Assembly (NCBI RefSeq): GCF_964355755.1
Contig: NC_092674.1
Coordinates: forward strand, 17,422,001 to 17,486,000
Length of the DNA: 64,000 nucleotides
DNA from: Antedon mediterranea
Taxonomy: Eukaryota > Animalia > Echinodermata
Direction: 5' to 3'
Shown: positions 29,001-40,895 of the stretch, piece by piece
How the letters are laid out: every line of letters begins with the position of its first letter
How positions within the stretch are numbered: position 1 is the stretch's first letter
Notes under the pieces: model-generated
Seen by the model: the letters and a program-made list of their open reading frames with translations, nothing else
The model's database searches: none
Told to the model about the DNA's origin: nothing
Translations under genes and position numbers: made by a program

Positions 29001-32000
29001 CAGCGAGAGAGAGAGGTAGATCAGCGAGAGAGAAAGAGATAGATCAGCGAGAGAGAGATAGATCAGCGAGAGAGAGAGATAGATCAGCAAGCGAGAGATA
29101 GATCAGAGAGAGAGAGAGAGAGAGAGATAGATCAGCGAGAGAGAGATAGATCAGCGAGAGAGAGATAGATCAGCGAGAGAGAGATAGATCAGCGAGAGAG
29201 AGATAGATCAGCGAGAGAGAGATAGATCAGCGAGAGAAAGATAGATCAGCGAGAGAGATAAAGATCAGCGAGAGAGAGATAGATCAGCGAGAGAGAGATA
29301 GATCAGCGAGAGAGAGAGAAAGATCAGCGAGAGAGAGATAGATCAGCGAGAGAGAGATAGATCAGCGAGAGAGAGATAGATCAGCGAGAGAGAGATAGAT
29401 CAGCGAGAGAGAGATAGATCAGAGAGAGAGAGATAGATCAGCGATAGAGAGAGATAGATCAGTGAGAGAGAGAGATAGATCAGCGAGAGAGAGATAGATC
29501 AGCGAGAGAGAGATAGATCAGCGAGAGGGAGATAGATCAGCGAGAGAGAGATAGATCAGCGAGAGAGAGATAGATCAGCAAGAGAGAGCGATAGATCAGC
29601 GAGAGAGAGAGGTAGATCAGCGAGAGAGAGAAAGATAGATCAGCGAGAGAGAGATAGAACAGCGAGAGAGAGATAGATCAGCGAGAGAGAAAGAGATAGA
29701 TCAGCGAGAGAGAGATAGATCAGCGAGAGAGAGATAGATCAGCGAGAGAGAGAGATAGATCAGCGAGAGATAGATAGAACGATCAGCGAGAGAGAGATAG
29801 ATCAGCGAGAGAGAGATAGATCAGCGAGAGAGAGATAGATCAGCGAGAGAGAGATAGATCAGCGAGAGAGAGATAGATCAGCAAGAGAGAGATAGATCAG
29901 AGAGAGAGAGAGAGATAGATCAGCGATAGAGAGAGATAGATCAGCGAGAGAGAAATAGATCAGCGAGAGAGAGAGATAGATCGAGGAGAGAGAGATAGAT
30001 CAGCGAGAGAGAGATAGATCAGCGAGAGAGAGATAGATCAGCGGGAGAGAGATAGGTCAGCGAGAGAGAGATAGATCAGCGAGAGGGAGATAGATCAGCG
30101 AGAGAGAGATAGATCAGCGAGAGAGAGAGATAGATCAGCGAGAGAGAGCGATAGATCAGCGAGAGAGAGAGGTAGATCAGCGAGAGAGAGAGAAAGATAG
30201 ATCAGCGAGAGAGAGATAGATCAGCGAGAGAGATAGATAGATCAGCGAGAGAGAGATAGATCAGCGAGAGAGAGAGAGAGAGATAGATCAGCGAGAGAGA
30301 GATAGATCAGCGAGAGAGAGATAGATCAGCGAGAGAGAGATAGATCAGCGAGAGAAAGATAGATCAGCGAGAGAGATATAGATCAGCGAGAGAGAGATAG
30401 ATCAGCGATAGAGAGAGATAGATCAGCGAGAGAGAGATAGATCAGCGAGAGAGAGATAGATCAGCGAGAGAGAGATATATCAGCGAGAGAGAGAGAGATA
30501 GATCAGCGAGAGAGAGATAGATCAGCGAGAGAGAGATAGATCAGCGAGAGAGAGATAGATCAGCGAGAGAGAGATAGATCAGCGAGAGAGAGATAGATCA
30601 GCGAGAGAGAGATAGATCAGCGAGAGAAAGATAGATCAGTGAGAGAGAGATAGATCAGCGAGAGAGAGATAGATCAGCGAGAGAGAGATAGATCAGCGAG
30701 AGGGAGATAGATCAGCGAGAGAGAGATAGATCAGCGAGAGAGAGATAGATCAGCGAGAGAGATATAAATCAGCGAGAGAGAGATAGATCGAGGAGAGAGA
30801 GATAGATCAGCGAGAGAGAAATAGATAAGCGAGAGAGAGATAGATCAGCGAGAGAGAGATAGATCAGCGAGAGAGAGAGAGAGAGAGACAGATCAGCGAG
30901 AGAGACACAGATCAGCGAAAAATACACAGATCAGCGAGAGAGAGAGAGAGAGACAGACAGACAGATTAGCGAGAGAGAGAGACAGATCAGCGAGAGAGGG
31001 ACAGATCAGCGAGAGAGAGAGACAGATTGGCTAGAGAGAGACAGATCAGCGAGAGAGAGACAGATCGGCTAGAGAGAGACAGGTCAGCGAGAGAGAGACA
31101 GATCAGCGAGAGAGAGATAGATCAGCGAGAAGGAGATAGATCAGCGAGAGAGAGATAGATCAGTGAGAGAGAGATAGATCAGCGAGAGAGAGATAGATCA
31201 GCGAGAGAGAGAGATAGATCAGCGAGAGAGAGATAGATCAGCGAGAGAGAGATAGATCAGCGAGAGAGAGATAGATCAGAGAGAGAGAGAGAGAGAGATA
31301 GATCAGCGAGAGAGAGATAGATCAGCGAGAGAGAGAAAGATCAGCGAGAGAGAGATAGATCAGCGAGAGAGAGATAGATCAGCGAGAGAGAGAGAGATAG
31401 CTCAGCGAGAGAGAGAAAGATCAGCGAGAGAGATAGATCATCGAGAAAGAGATAGATCAGCGAGAGAGAGATAGATCAGCGAGACAGAGATAGATCAGCG
31501 AGAGAGAGATAGATCTGCGAGAGAGAGATAGAGCAGCGAGAGAGAGATAGATCAGTGAGAGAGAGATAGATCAGCGAGAGAGAGATAGATCAGCGAGAGA
31601 GAGAAAGATCAGCGAGAGAGAGATAGATCAGCGAGAGAGAGATAGATCAGCGAGAGAGAGAGATAGATCAGCGAGACAGAGATAGATCAGCGAGAGAGTG
31701 ATAGATCAGCGAGAGAGAGATAGATCAGCGAGAGAGAGATAGATTAGCGAGAGAGAGATAGATCAGCGAGAGAGAGATAGATCAGCGAGAGAGAGAGATA
31801 GATCAGCGAGAGAGAGACAGATCAGCGAGAGAGAGATAGATAAGCGAGAGAGAGATAGATCAGCGAGAGAGATATAGATCAGCGAGAGAGAGATAGATCA
31901 GCGAGAGAGAGATAGATCAGTGAGAGAGAGAGATAGATCAGCGAGCGAGAGATAGATCAGCGAGAGAGAGATAGATCAGCGAGAGAGAAAGATAGATCAG

Positions 32001-35000
32001 CGATAGAGAGAGATAGATCAGCGAGAAAGAGATAGATCAGCGAGAGAGAGAGATAGATCAGCGAGAGAGAGATAGATCAGCGAGAGAGAGAGAGATAGAT
32101 CAGCGAGAGAGAGATAGATCAGCGAGAGAGAGATAGATCAGCGAGAGAGAGATAGATCAGCGAGAGAGATAGATCAGCGAGAGAGAGATAGATCAGCGAG
32201 AGAAAGATAGATCAGTGAGAGAGAGATAGATCAGCGAGAGAGAGATAGATCAGCGAGAGAGAGATAGATCAGCGATTAGCGAGAGAGAGAGATAGATCAG
32301 CGAGAGAGAGATAGATCAGCGAGAGAGAGAGATAGATCAGCGAGAGGGAGATAGATCAGCGAGAGAGAGATAGATCAGCGAGAGAGATATAAATCAGCGA
32401 GAGAGAGATAGATCGGGGAGAGAGAGATAGATCAGCGAGAGAGATAGATAAGCGAGAGAGAGATAGATCAGCGAGAGAGAGATAGATCAGCGAGAGAGAT
32501 AGATAGATCAGCGAGAGAAAGAGATAGATAGATTAGTTAGAGAGAGATAGATCAGCGAGAGAGAGAGATAGATAAGCGAGAGAGAGAGATAGATCAGCGA
32601 GAGAGAGATAGATCAGTGAGAGAGATAGATCAGCGAGAGAGAGATAGATCAGCGAGAGAGAGATAGATCAGCGGGAGAGAGAGATAGACCAGCGAGAGGG
32701 AGATAGATCAGCGACAGAGAGATAGATCAGCGAGAGAGAGATAGATCAGCGAGAGAGAGATAGATCAGCGAGAGAGAGATAGATCAGCGAGAGAGAGAGA
32801 GATAGATCAGCGAGAGAGAGATAGATCAGCGAGAGAGAGAGAGATAGATCAGCGAGAGAGAGATAGATCGATCAGCGAGAGAGAGATAGATCAGCGAGAG
32901 AGAGATAGATCAGCGAGAGAGAGATAGATCAGCGAGAGAGAGATAGATCAGCGAGAGAGAGATAGATCAGCAAGAGAGAGATAGATCAGAGAGAGAGAGA
33001 GATAGATTAGCGATAGAGAGAGATAGATCAGCGAGAGAGAAATAGATCAGCGAGAGAGAGATAGATCAGCGAGAGGGAGATAGATCAGCGAGAGAGAGAT
33101 AGATAGGCGAGAGAGAGATAGATCAGCGAGAGAGAGCGATAGATCAGCGAGAGAGAGAGGTAGATCAGCGAGAGAGAGAGAGAGAGATAGATCAGCGAGA
33201 GAGAGATAGATCAGCGAGAGAGAGAGATAGATCAGCGAGAGAGAGATAGATCAGCGAGAGAGAGAGAGAGAGAGATAGATCAGCGAGAGAGAGATAGATC
33301 AGCGAGAGAGAGATAGATCAGCGAGAGAGAGATAGATCAGCGAGAGAAAGATAGATCAGCGAGAGAGAGATAGATCAGCGATAGAGAGAGATAGATCAGC
33401 GAGAGAGAGATAGATCAGCTAGAGAGAGAGATAGATCAGCGAGAGAGAGATATATCAGCGAGAGAGAGAGAGAGATAGATCAGCGAGAGAGAGAGATAGA
33501 TCTGCGAGAGAGAGATAGATCAGCGAGAGAGAGATAGATCAGCGAGAGAGAGATATATCAGCGAGAGAGAGATAGATCAGCGAGAGAAAGATAGATCAGC
33601 GAGAGAGATATAAATCAGCGAGAGAGAAAGATAGATCAGCGAGAGAGAGATAGATCAGCGAGAGAGAGAGATAGATCAGCGAGAGAGAGATAGATCAGCG
33701 AGAGAGAGATAGATAAGCGAGAGAGAGAGATAGATCAGCGAGAGGGAGATAGATCAGCGAGAGAGAGATAGATCAGCGAGAGAGAGATAGATCAGCGAGA
33801 GAGATATAAATCAGCGAGAGAGAGATAGATCGAGGAGAGAGAGATAGATCAGCGAGAGAGAAATAGATAAGCGAGAGAGAGATAGATCAGCGAGAGAGAG
33901 ATAGATCAGCGAGAGAGATAGATAGATCAGCGAGAGAGAGAGATAGATAGATTAGTTAGAGAGAGATAGATCAGCGAGAGAGAGAGATAGATAAGCGAGA
34001 GAGAGAGATAGATCAGCGAGAGAGAGATAGATCAGTGAGAGAGAGATAGATCAGCGAGAGAGAGATAAATCAGCGAGAGAGAGCGATAGATCAGCGAGAG
34101 AGAGAGGTATATCAGCGAGAGAGAGAAAGATAGATCAGCGAGAGAGAGATAGATCAGCGAGAGAGAGAGAGATAGATCAGCGAGAGAGAGAGAGATATAG
34201 ATCAGCGAGAGAGAGATAGATCAGCGAGAGAGAGATAGATCAGCGAGAGAGAGATAGATCAGCGAGAGAGAGATAGATCAACGAGAGAGAGATAGATCAG
34301 CGAGAGAGAGATAGATCAGCGAAAGAGAGAGATAGATCAGCGAGAGAGAGATAGATCAGTGAGAGAGAGATAGATCAGCGAGAGAGAGATAGATCAGCGA
34401 GAGAGAGATAGATCAGCGAGAGAGAAATAGATCAGCGAGAGAGAGATAGATCAGCGAGAGAGAGATAGATAAGCGAGAGAGAGATAGATCAGCAAGAGAG
34501 AGATAGATCAGAGAGAGAGATAGATCAGCGATAGAGAGAGATAGATCAGCGAGATAGAAATAGATCAGCGAGAGAGAGAGATAGATCGAGGAGAGAGAGA
34601 TAGATCAGCGAGAGAGAGATAGATCAGCGAGAGAGAGATAGATCAGCGAGAGAGAGATAGATCAGCAGGAGAGAGATAGATCAGCGAGAGAGAGATAGAT
34701 CAGCGAGAGGGAGATAGATCAGCGAGAGAGAGATAGATCAGCGAGAGAGAGATAGATCAGCGAGAGAGAGCGATAGATCAGCGAGAGAGAGAGGTAGATC
34801 AGCGAGAGAGAGAGAGAGATAGATCAGTGAGAGAGAGATAGATCAGCGAGAGAGAGAGATAGATCACCGAGAGAGAGATAGATCAGCGAGAGAGAGAGAG
34901 AGATAGATCAGCGAGAGAGAGATAGATCAGCGAGAGAGAAATAGATCAGCGAGAGAGAGATAGATCAGCGAGAGAAAGATAGATCAGCGAGAGAGATATA

Positions 35001-35626
35001 GATCAGCGGGAGAGATATAGATCAGCGAGAGAGAGATAGATCAGCGAGAGAGAGAGAGATAGATCAGCGAGAGAGAGATAGATCAGCGAGAGAGAGATAG
35101 ATCAGCGAGAGAGAGATAGATCAGCGAGAGAGAGATAGATCAGCGAGAGAGAGAGATAGATCAGCTAGAGAGAGAGAGAGATAGATCAGCGAGAGAGAGA
35201 TAGATCAGCGAGAGAGATAGATCAGCGAGAGAGAGAGATAGATCAGCGAGAGAGAGATAGATCAGCTAGAGAAAGATAGATCAGCGAGAGAGATATAGAT
35301 CAGCGAGAGAGAGATAGATCAGCGAGAGAGAGATAGATCAGCGAGAGAGAGATAGATCAGCGAGAGAGAGATAGATCAACGAGAGAGAGCGATAGATCAA
35401 CGAGAGAGAGATAGATCAGCGAGAGAGAGATAGATCAGCGAGAGAGAGATAGATCAGCGAGAGAGAGATAGATCAGCTAGAGAAAGATAGATCAGCGAGA
35501 GAGATATAGATCAGCGAGAGAGAGATAGATCAGCGAGAGAGAGATAGATCAGCGAGAGAGAGATAGATCAACGAGAGAGAGAGAGATAGATCAAAGAGAG
35601 AGAGATAGATCAGCGAGAGAGAGATA
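7392..35626 (+). repeat. 28.2-kb tandem array of a 19-bp satellite, consensus (GA)4-GATAGATCAGC, roughly 1,450 units
   Basis: Uninterrupted repeats of GAGAGAGAGATAGATCAGC with variable GA number and recurrent point variants; no ORFs. Copy number is estimated from length. Confidence 0.99.
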
Positions 35627-36477
35627 TTTTCACCATTTTTCGAAAAAAATTCCTCTGGTCCCCCGCAGGAAATTTTTCGAAAAAATAGCCAAATTTCTAC
35701 CCTTTTATTTTTTGATATAACTAGTTACTCTGGCTGTATAAAATGATGTTAGCACAATATATTAACATAAATGGTATTTATTATAGCATAATTATTGAAT
35801 TTCAAAAAGTGGGAATTTTTGCAAATTTTCGACAAAATTCCTATGGTCACCCGCAGGAAAATTTTCTAAAAATGGCCAAATTTCGACCCTTTTATTTTTT
35901 GACATAACTAGTTACTATTGCTCTATAAGATGATGTTAGCAAAATATATGTGTATAAATGGCAATATTATAGCATAATTATTTAATTTTAAAAAGTGGAA
36001 AATGTTGCCATTTTTCGACCCTTTTATTTTTTGACATAACTAGTTGCTATGTCTCTATAAGTTGATGTTAGCACAATTATATTTGCATAAATGGCAATAT
36101 TATAGCATAATTTTCGAATTTGTAAAAAGTGGAAATTTTGTCTATTTTTCGAAAAAAATTCCTATGGACCCCCGCAGGAAAATTTTCGAAAAATGGCCAA
36201 ATTACAACCCTTTTTATTTTTTGAGATAACTAGTTACTATGGCTCTATAAGATGATGTTAGCACAATAATTTTCGAATTTTGAAAAGTGGAAATTTTGAT
36301 ATAATTCGTTACTATGGCTCTATAAGATGATGTTAGCACAATATATATGCATAAATGGCAATATTTTAGCATCATTTTCGAATTTTAAAAATTGGAAATT
36401 TTGTCCATTTTTCAAAAAAATTCCTATGGTCCACCGTAGGAAAATTTGCTGAAAATGGCCAAATTTCAACCCTTTTA

Positions 36478-38108
36478 TTAGGTGATCATTTAGAATAAAA
36501 TGATCACCTATTGTTATTGTATGAAATCTTTATTCTTCTTCTTATTCTTATTAGGTGATCATTTAGAATAAAATGATCACCTATTGTTATTGTATGAAAT
36601 CTTTATTCTTCCTATTCTTATTCTTATTATTTATTTCTCTCTGTACAAATTTGTGTAACAAATATCTCAAAAAGTTGAATGGCAACGATCACAAAAATTT
36701 TACCATGTCCTTCAAATACTTTAACTTAGTCATAATAAGCTTTTCAGCGTCATCACTCATCCGTGACGTCACGTATACGCCATTTTGTGAAATCACATAA
36801 TCAATCATATCTCCATAATTCATCATCACATATTAATGAAATTCACTACACGTAAACTTCAGGTCAAGTTAAAAAATATTGGCAAATAAAAACTCGGGCG
36901 TTTCAAGGTCATGCGCGTGAAATCGCGCGTTGAAATTTTAAAAAGCTCAAAATTGTGTGTTTAAAAAAATTACTGCGCAAAAACACATTTTTGCGCACGC
37001 GATTTTTAAAAAGGGTAAAAAATAAAATTTGAAGTATACATCATATTCTACTCACAATCCTTAGTACATTCTCCGACTTTGAGTCCATTCCGACTTAAAA
37101 TAACGCTATACGAGCACGTTAAAAATGACAAAATGCGCACATTAATTGTACAAAAGTGCTAAAAAAGGTAAAAAATAAGGACTTTTTAAAATGAATATAA
37201 CTCTTCAGAATGGCAGGTGACCCCCAATTTTTTTAACTTATTATGGAAGCCAATAAGTTGTAGATACAAATGTATATACACACATTAGACGTACAAAATG
37301 GTATGACGTCATGAAATGGCCACTTGAATTTAGAAATTAGGAATTTTTATCGTTTTGTGTGGGTTATCACATTCAATAGAGCGCATCTCCATTATTTGAG
37401 CCCGATTTTCGCACAAATTTTAGTATGTGCTTGCTCAATTAATTATCTTTCTAATGAGTTGTCAACATTTTTATTTTGATTACTTCATCACGCGTAAAAA
37501 CTTGAATAACCTAGGTCGTGTAATTTCAGCTACACCATACATTTGAATATCTTATAGCTCCTCAGAATTAAAGGTGACCTTGAAGATTATAATTTATTAT
37601 GAAAGCTGATGAAATGTAGATATAAATTCATATCAAAATTAAGCCTATTGGATGTTGTGATGTTATCATATGGCCAGTTGAAGTTAAAAAGTAGTTTTTA
37701 AATTTCTTTAGTCGAAGTTATACAAATTTCAAAGAGCGCGCATTGCGCTTCTACGTGTCAAATTCTCTTCCAATCCTTATATTTATTGGCTCAATTCATT
37801 ATCTTTCGAAATTGTCATCTTCGAGTTTATTTTGATAATTCCATCATACCAAAAAATTTGAACTTGATGTGTGTCCCATAATTTCACCTATGCTACACTG
37901 TACTGTATATTATAGATATACAGTATATACTGTACATTGTATGGCATATAATAGGCATAACTCAGCACTATAAGCGTATAATAGGATGGCATACATCAAC
38001 ATTTTCCTATCGTATGTTAACGTACGTACATGTTTAAAAAAAATTAATTTCATTAAAATGATAAAAATGATCACCTATAATTCGTCAAAGTGACGAATTA
38101 AATTCTAG
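36478..38108 (+). mobile_element. Helentron-associated non-autonomous element (HINE/DINE-1-like), family A
   Basis: 5' subTIR TAGGTGATCATTT with adjacent inverted copy AAATGATCACCTA, then a TTC/TTA microsatellite. 3' subTIR at 38065-38077, hairpin TAATTCGTCA-AAG-TGACGAATTA at 38078-38100, ending CTAG in a T-run. No TSD. Confidence 0.8.
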
Positions 38109-40360
38109 TTTTTTTACATAATTCGTTACTATGGCTCTATAACATAATGTTAGCAAAATATATCTGTATAAATGGCAATATTATAGTATAATTATTTAAT
38201 TTTAAAAAGTGGAAAATGTTACCATTTTTCGACCCTTTTACTTTTTTTGACATAACTAGTTGCTATGTCTCTATAAGATGATGTTAGCACAATATATGTG
38301 CATAAATGGCAATATCATAGCATAATTATTGAATTTTAAAAAGTGGAAATTTTTGCCATTTTTCGAAAAAAAATCCTATGATCCCCTGTAGGAAAATTTT
38401 CGGAAAATGGCCAAATTTCAACCCTTTTATTTGTTGACATAGTTCGTTACCATGGCTCTATAAGATGATGTTAGCAAAATATATCTGTATAAATGGCAAC
38501 ATTATAGCATAATTATCGAATTTAGAAAAGTGGAAATTTTAGCCATTTTTCGAAAAAAATCCTGTGATCCCTCGCAGGAAAATTTTCGGAAAAAATCCAA
38601 ATTTCCACTCTTTTAGTTTTTGACATAATTCGTTACTATGACGTTATAAGATGATGTCAGTAAAATATATTTGCATAAATGGCAATATTATAGCATAATT
38701 ATTGAATTTTAAAAAGTGGGAATTTTTGCCATTTTTCGAAAAAAAATCCTATGGTCCCCCGCAGGAAAATTTTCTAAAAATGGCCAAATTTCGACCCTTT
38801 TATTTTTGACATAACTAGTTACTATGGCTCTATAAGATGATGTTAGCACAATATATTTGCATAAATAGCAATATTATAGCATAATTTTTTATTTTAAACA
38901 ATGAAAATTTTGACCATTTTTCGAAAAAAAAGTCCTATGGTCCCCCGCAGGAAAATTTTCGAAAAATGGCCAAATTTCAACCATTTTATTTTTTACATAG
39001 CTAGTTACGATGGCTCTATAAGATGATGTTAACACAATATATGTGCATAAATGGCAATATTGTAGCATAATTTTTTAACTTTAAAAGGTGGAAATTTTGA
39101 TCATTTTCGACTCTTTTATATTTTGACATAAGTAGTTGCTATGGCTCTGTAAGATGATGTTAGCACAATATATGTGCATAAATGGCAATAATATAGTCTA
39201 ATTATTGAATTTTAAACGGTGGAAATTTTTGTTATTTTTCGAAAAAATTCCTGCCGTCCCCCGGAGGAAAATTTCAAAAAATGGCCAAATTTCGACCTTT
39301 TTATTTTTTGACATAACTAGTTACGCTCTATAAGATGATGTTAACACAATATATGTGCATAAATGGCAATATTATAGCATAATTATTTAATTTTAAAAGG
39401 TGGAAATTTTGGTTATTTTTTGAAAAAATTCCTGTGGTAGGAAAATTTTCGAAAAATGGCCAAATTTCGACACTTTTATTTTTTGATATAACTAGTAACT
39501 ATGGCTCTATAAGATGATGTTAACACAATATATGTGCATAAATGGCAATATTATAGCATAATTATTGAATTTAAATAGTGAAAAATATTGCCATTTTTTG
39601 AAAAAATTCCTGTGGTCCCCCGTAGGAAAATTTTCGAAAAATGGCAAAATTTTGACACTTTTATTTTTTGACATAACTAGTTATGTCTCTATAAGATGAT
39701 GTTAACACAATATATGTGCATAAATGGCAATATTATAGCATAATTTTTGAATTTTAAAAAGTGGAAAATGTTGGCATTTTTCGACCCTTTTATTTTTTGA
39801 CATAACTAGTTGCTATGGCTCTATAAGATGATGTTTGCACAATATATGTGCATAAATGGCAATATTATAACATAATTATTGAATTTTAAAAAGTGGAAAA
39901 TTTTGCCATTGTTCGAAAAAAATCCTATGGTCCCAGGCAGGGAAATTTTCGAAAAAAGGCCAAATTTCGATCCTTTTATTTTTTGACATAACTCGTTACT
40001 ATGGCTCTATAAGATGATGTTAACACAATATATGTGAATAAATGGCAATATTACAGGCTAATTATTGAATTTTAAACAATGGAAATTTTGACCATTTTTC
40101 GAGGAAAAAAAATCCTATTGTTCCCCCGCAGGGAAATTTTCCGAAAAATGGCCAAATTTCAACCCTTTTATTTCTTGACATAACTAGTTACTATGGCTCT
40201 ATAATATGATGTTAACACAATATATGTGCATAAATGGCAATATTATAGCCTAATTATAGAATTTTGAAAATTGGAAATTGTTGCCATATTTCGAAAAAAA
40301 TTCCTATTGTCCCCCGCAGGGAAATTTTCGCAAAAATGGCCAAACTTCAAACCTTTTATT

Positions 40361-40555
40361 AGTCGCGTGGACGCGACTCTACAGTTCACTATGTCGGTCG
40401 GTCGGTTGTGTCGCTCTGTCTGTTGGTCCGGTATCACTTTGTGTTTTATCGCTTTTCTGTACTTATTGAACTGTTTTGATGTCCGGAAATTTTTAAAGTA
40501 CTTTTTGAAAGTTCATTTATTTCTGAGAGCACGCTACTTATTGCTGTTGGCCTTG
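40361..40555 (+). mobile_element. Short HINE/DINE-1-like element, family B
   Basis: AGTCGCGTGG-ACGCGACT 5' inverted pair, GTCG/GTCT microsatellite, 3' CACGC(T)ACT...GCTGTTGGCCTTG. Inserted in a T-run; same ends as 56672-57412. Confidence 0.75.
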
Positions 40556-40630
40556 TTTTTTGACATAACTAGTTACTATGGCTCTATAAGATGATGTTAA
40601 CACAATATATGTGCATAAATGGCAATATTA

Positions 40631-40895
40631 GAGAGGTTTCGCAATCTTACGAATACGATAACAAAAACGGATACGTCACGCACACGTATTCGTTTTCGTA
40701 AGCCATAAAAAAATCTGTTTCGCATGTCAACGAAATATTGAGGCGCGTCCAAAATATGACTGCGGTAAATTTGAGCGAAGCGCAGGTACGTCTTGCTTGG
40801 TGCTTGGCTGCCTAGGCCTAGCGTAACATCAAAGCGAGTGAGGACTTTAAAAACTGCTATTTATCTAAATTGACCTGGCATTTTAGTAAATTACT
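40631..40895. mobile_element. Truncated insertion, possibly a PIF/Harbinger-like DNA transposon end
   Basis: 265 bp of non-satellite sequence splits GGCAATATTA|TAGCATAATT. It begins (TTA)GAGAGGTTTCGCAAT with ACGAATACG-type repeats and has no matching second terminus. Confidence 0.35.

Noticed and set aside
7392-35626. CRISPR-like or coding interpretation of the 19-bp array
   Set aside because: No unique spacers, no cas genes, frequent stop codons and a eukaryotic context.
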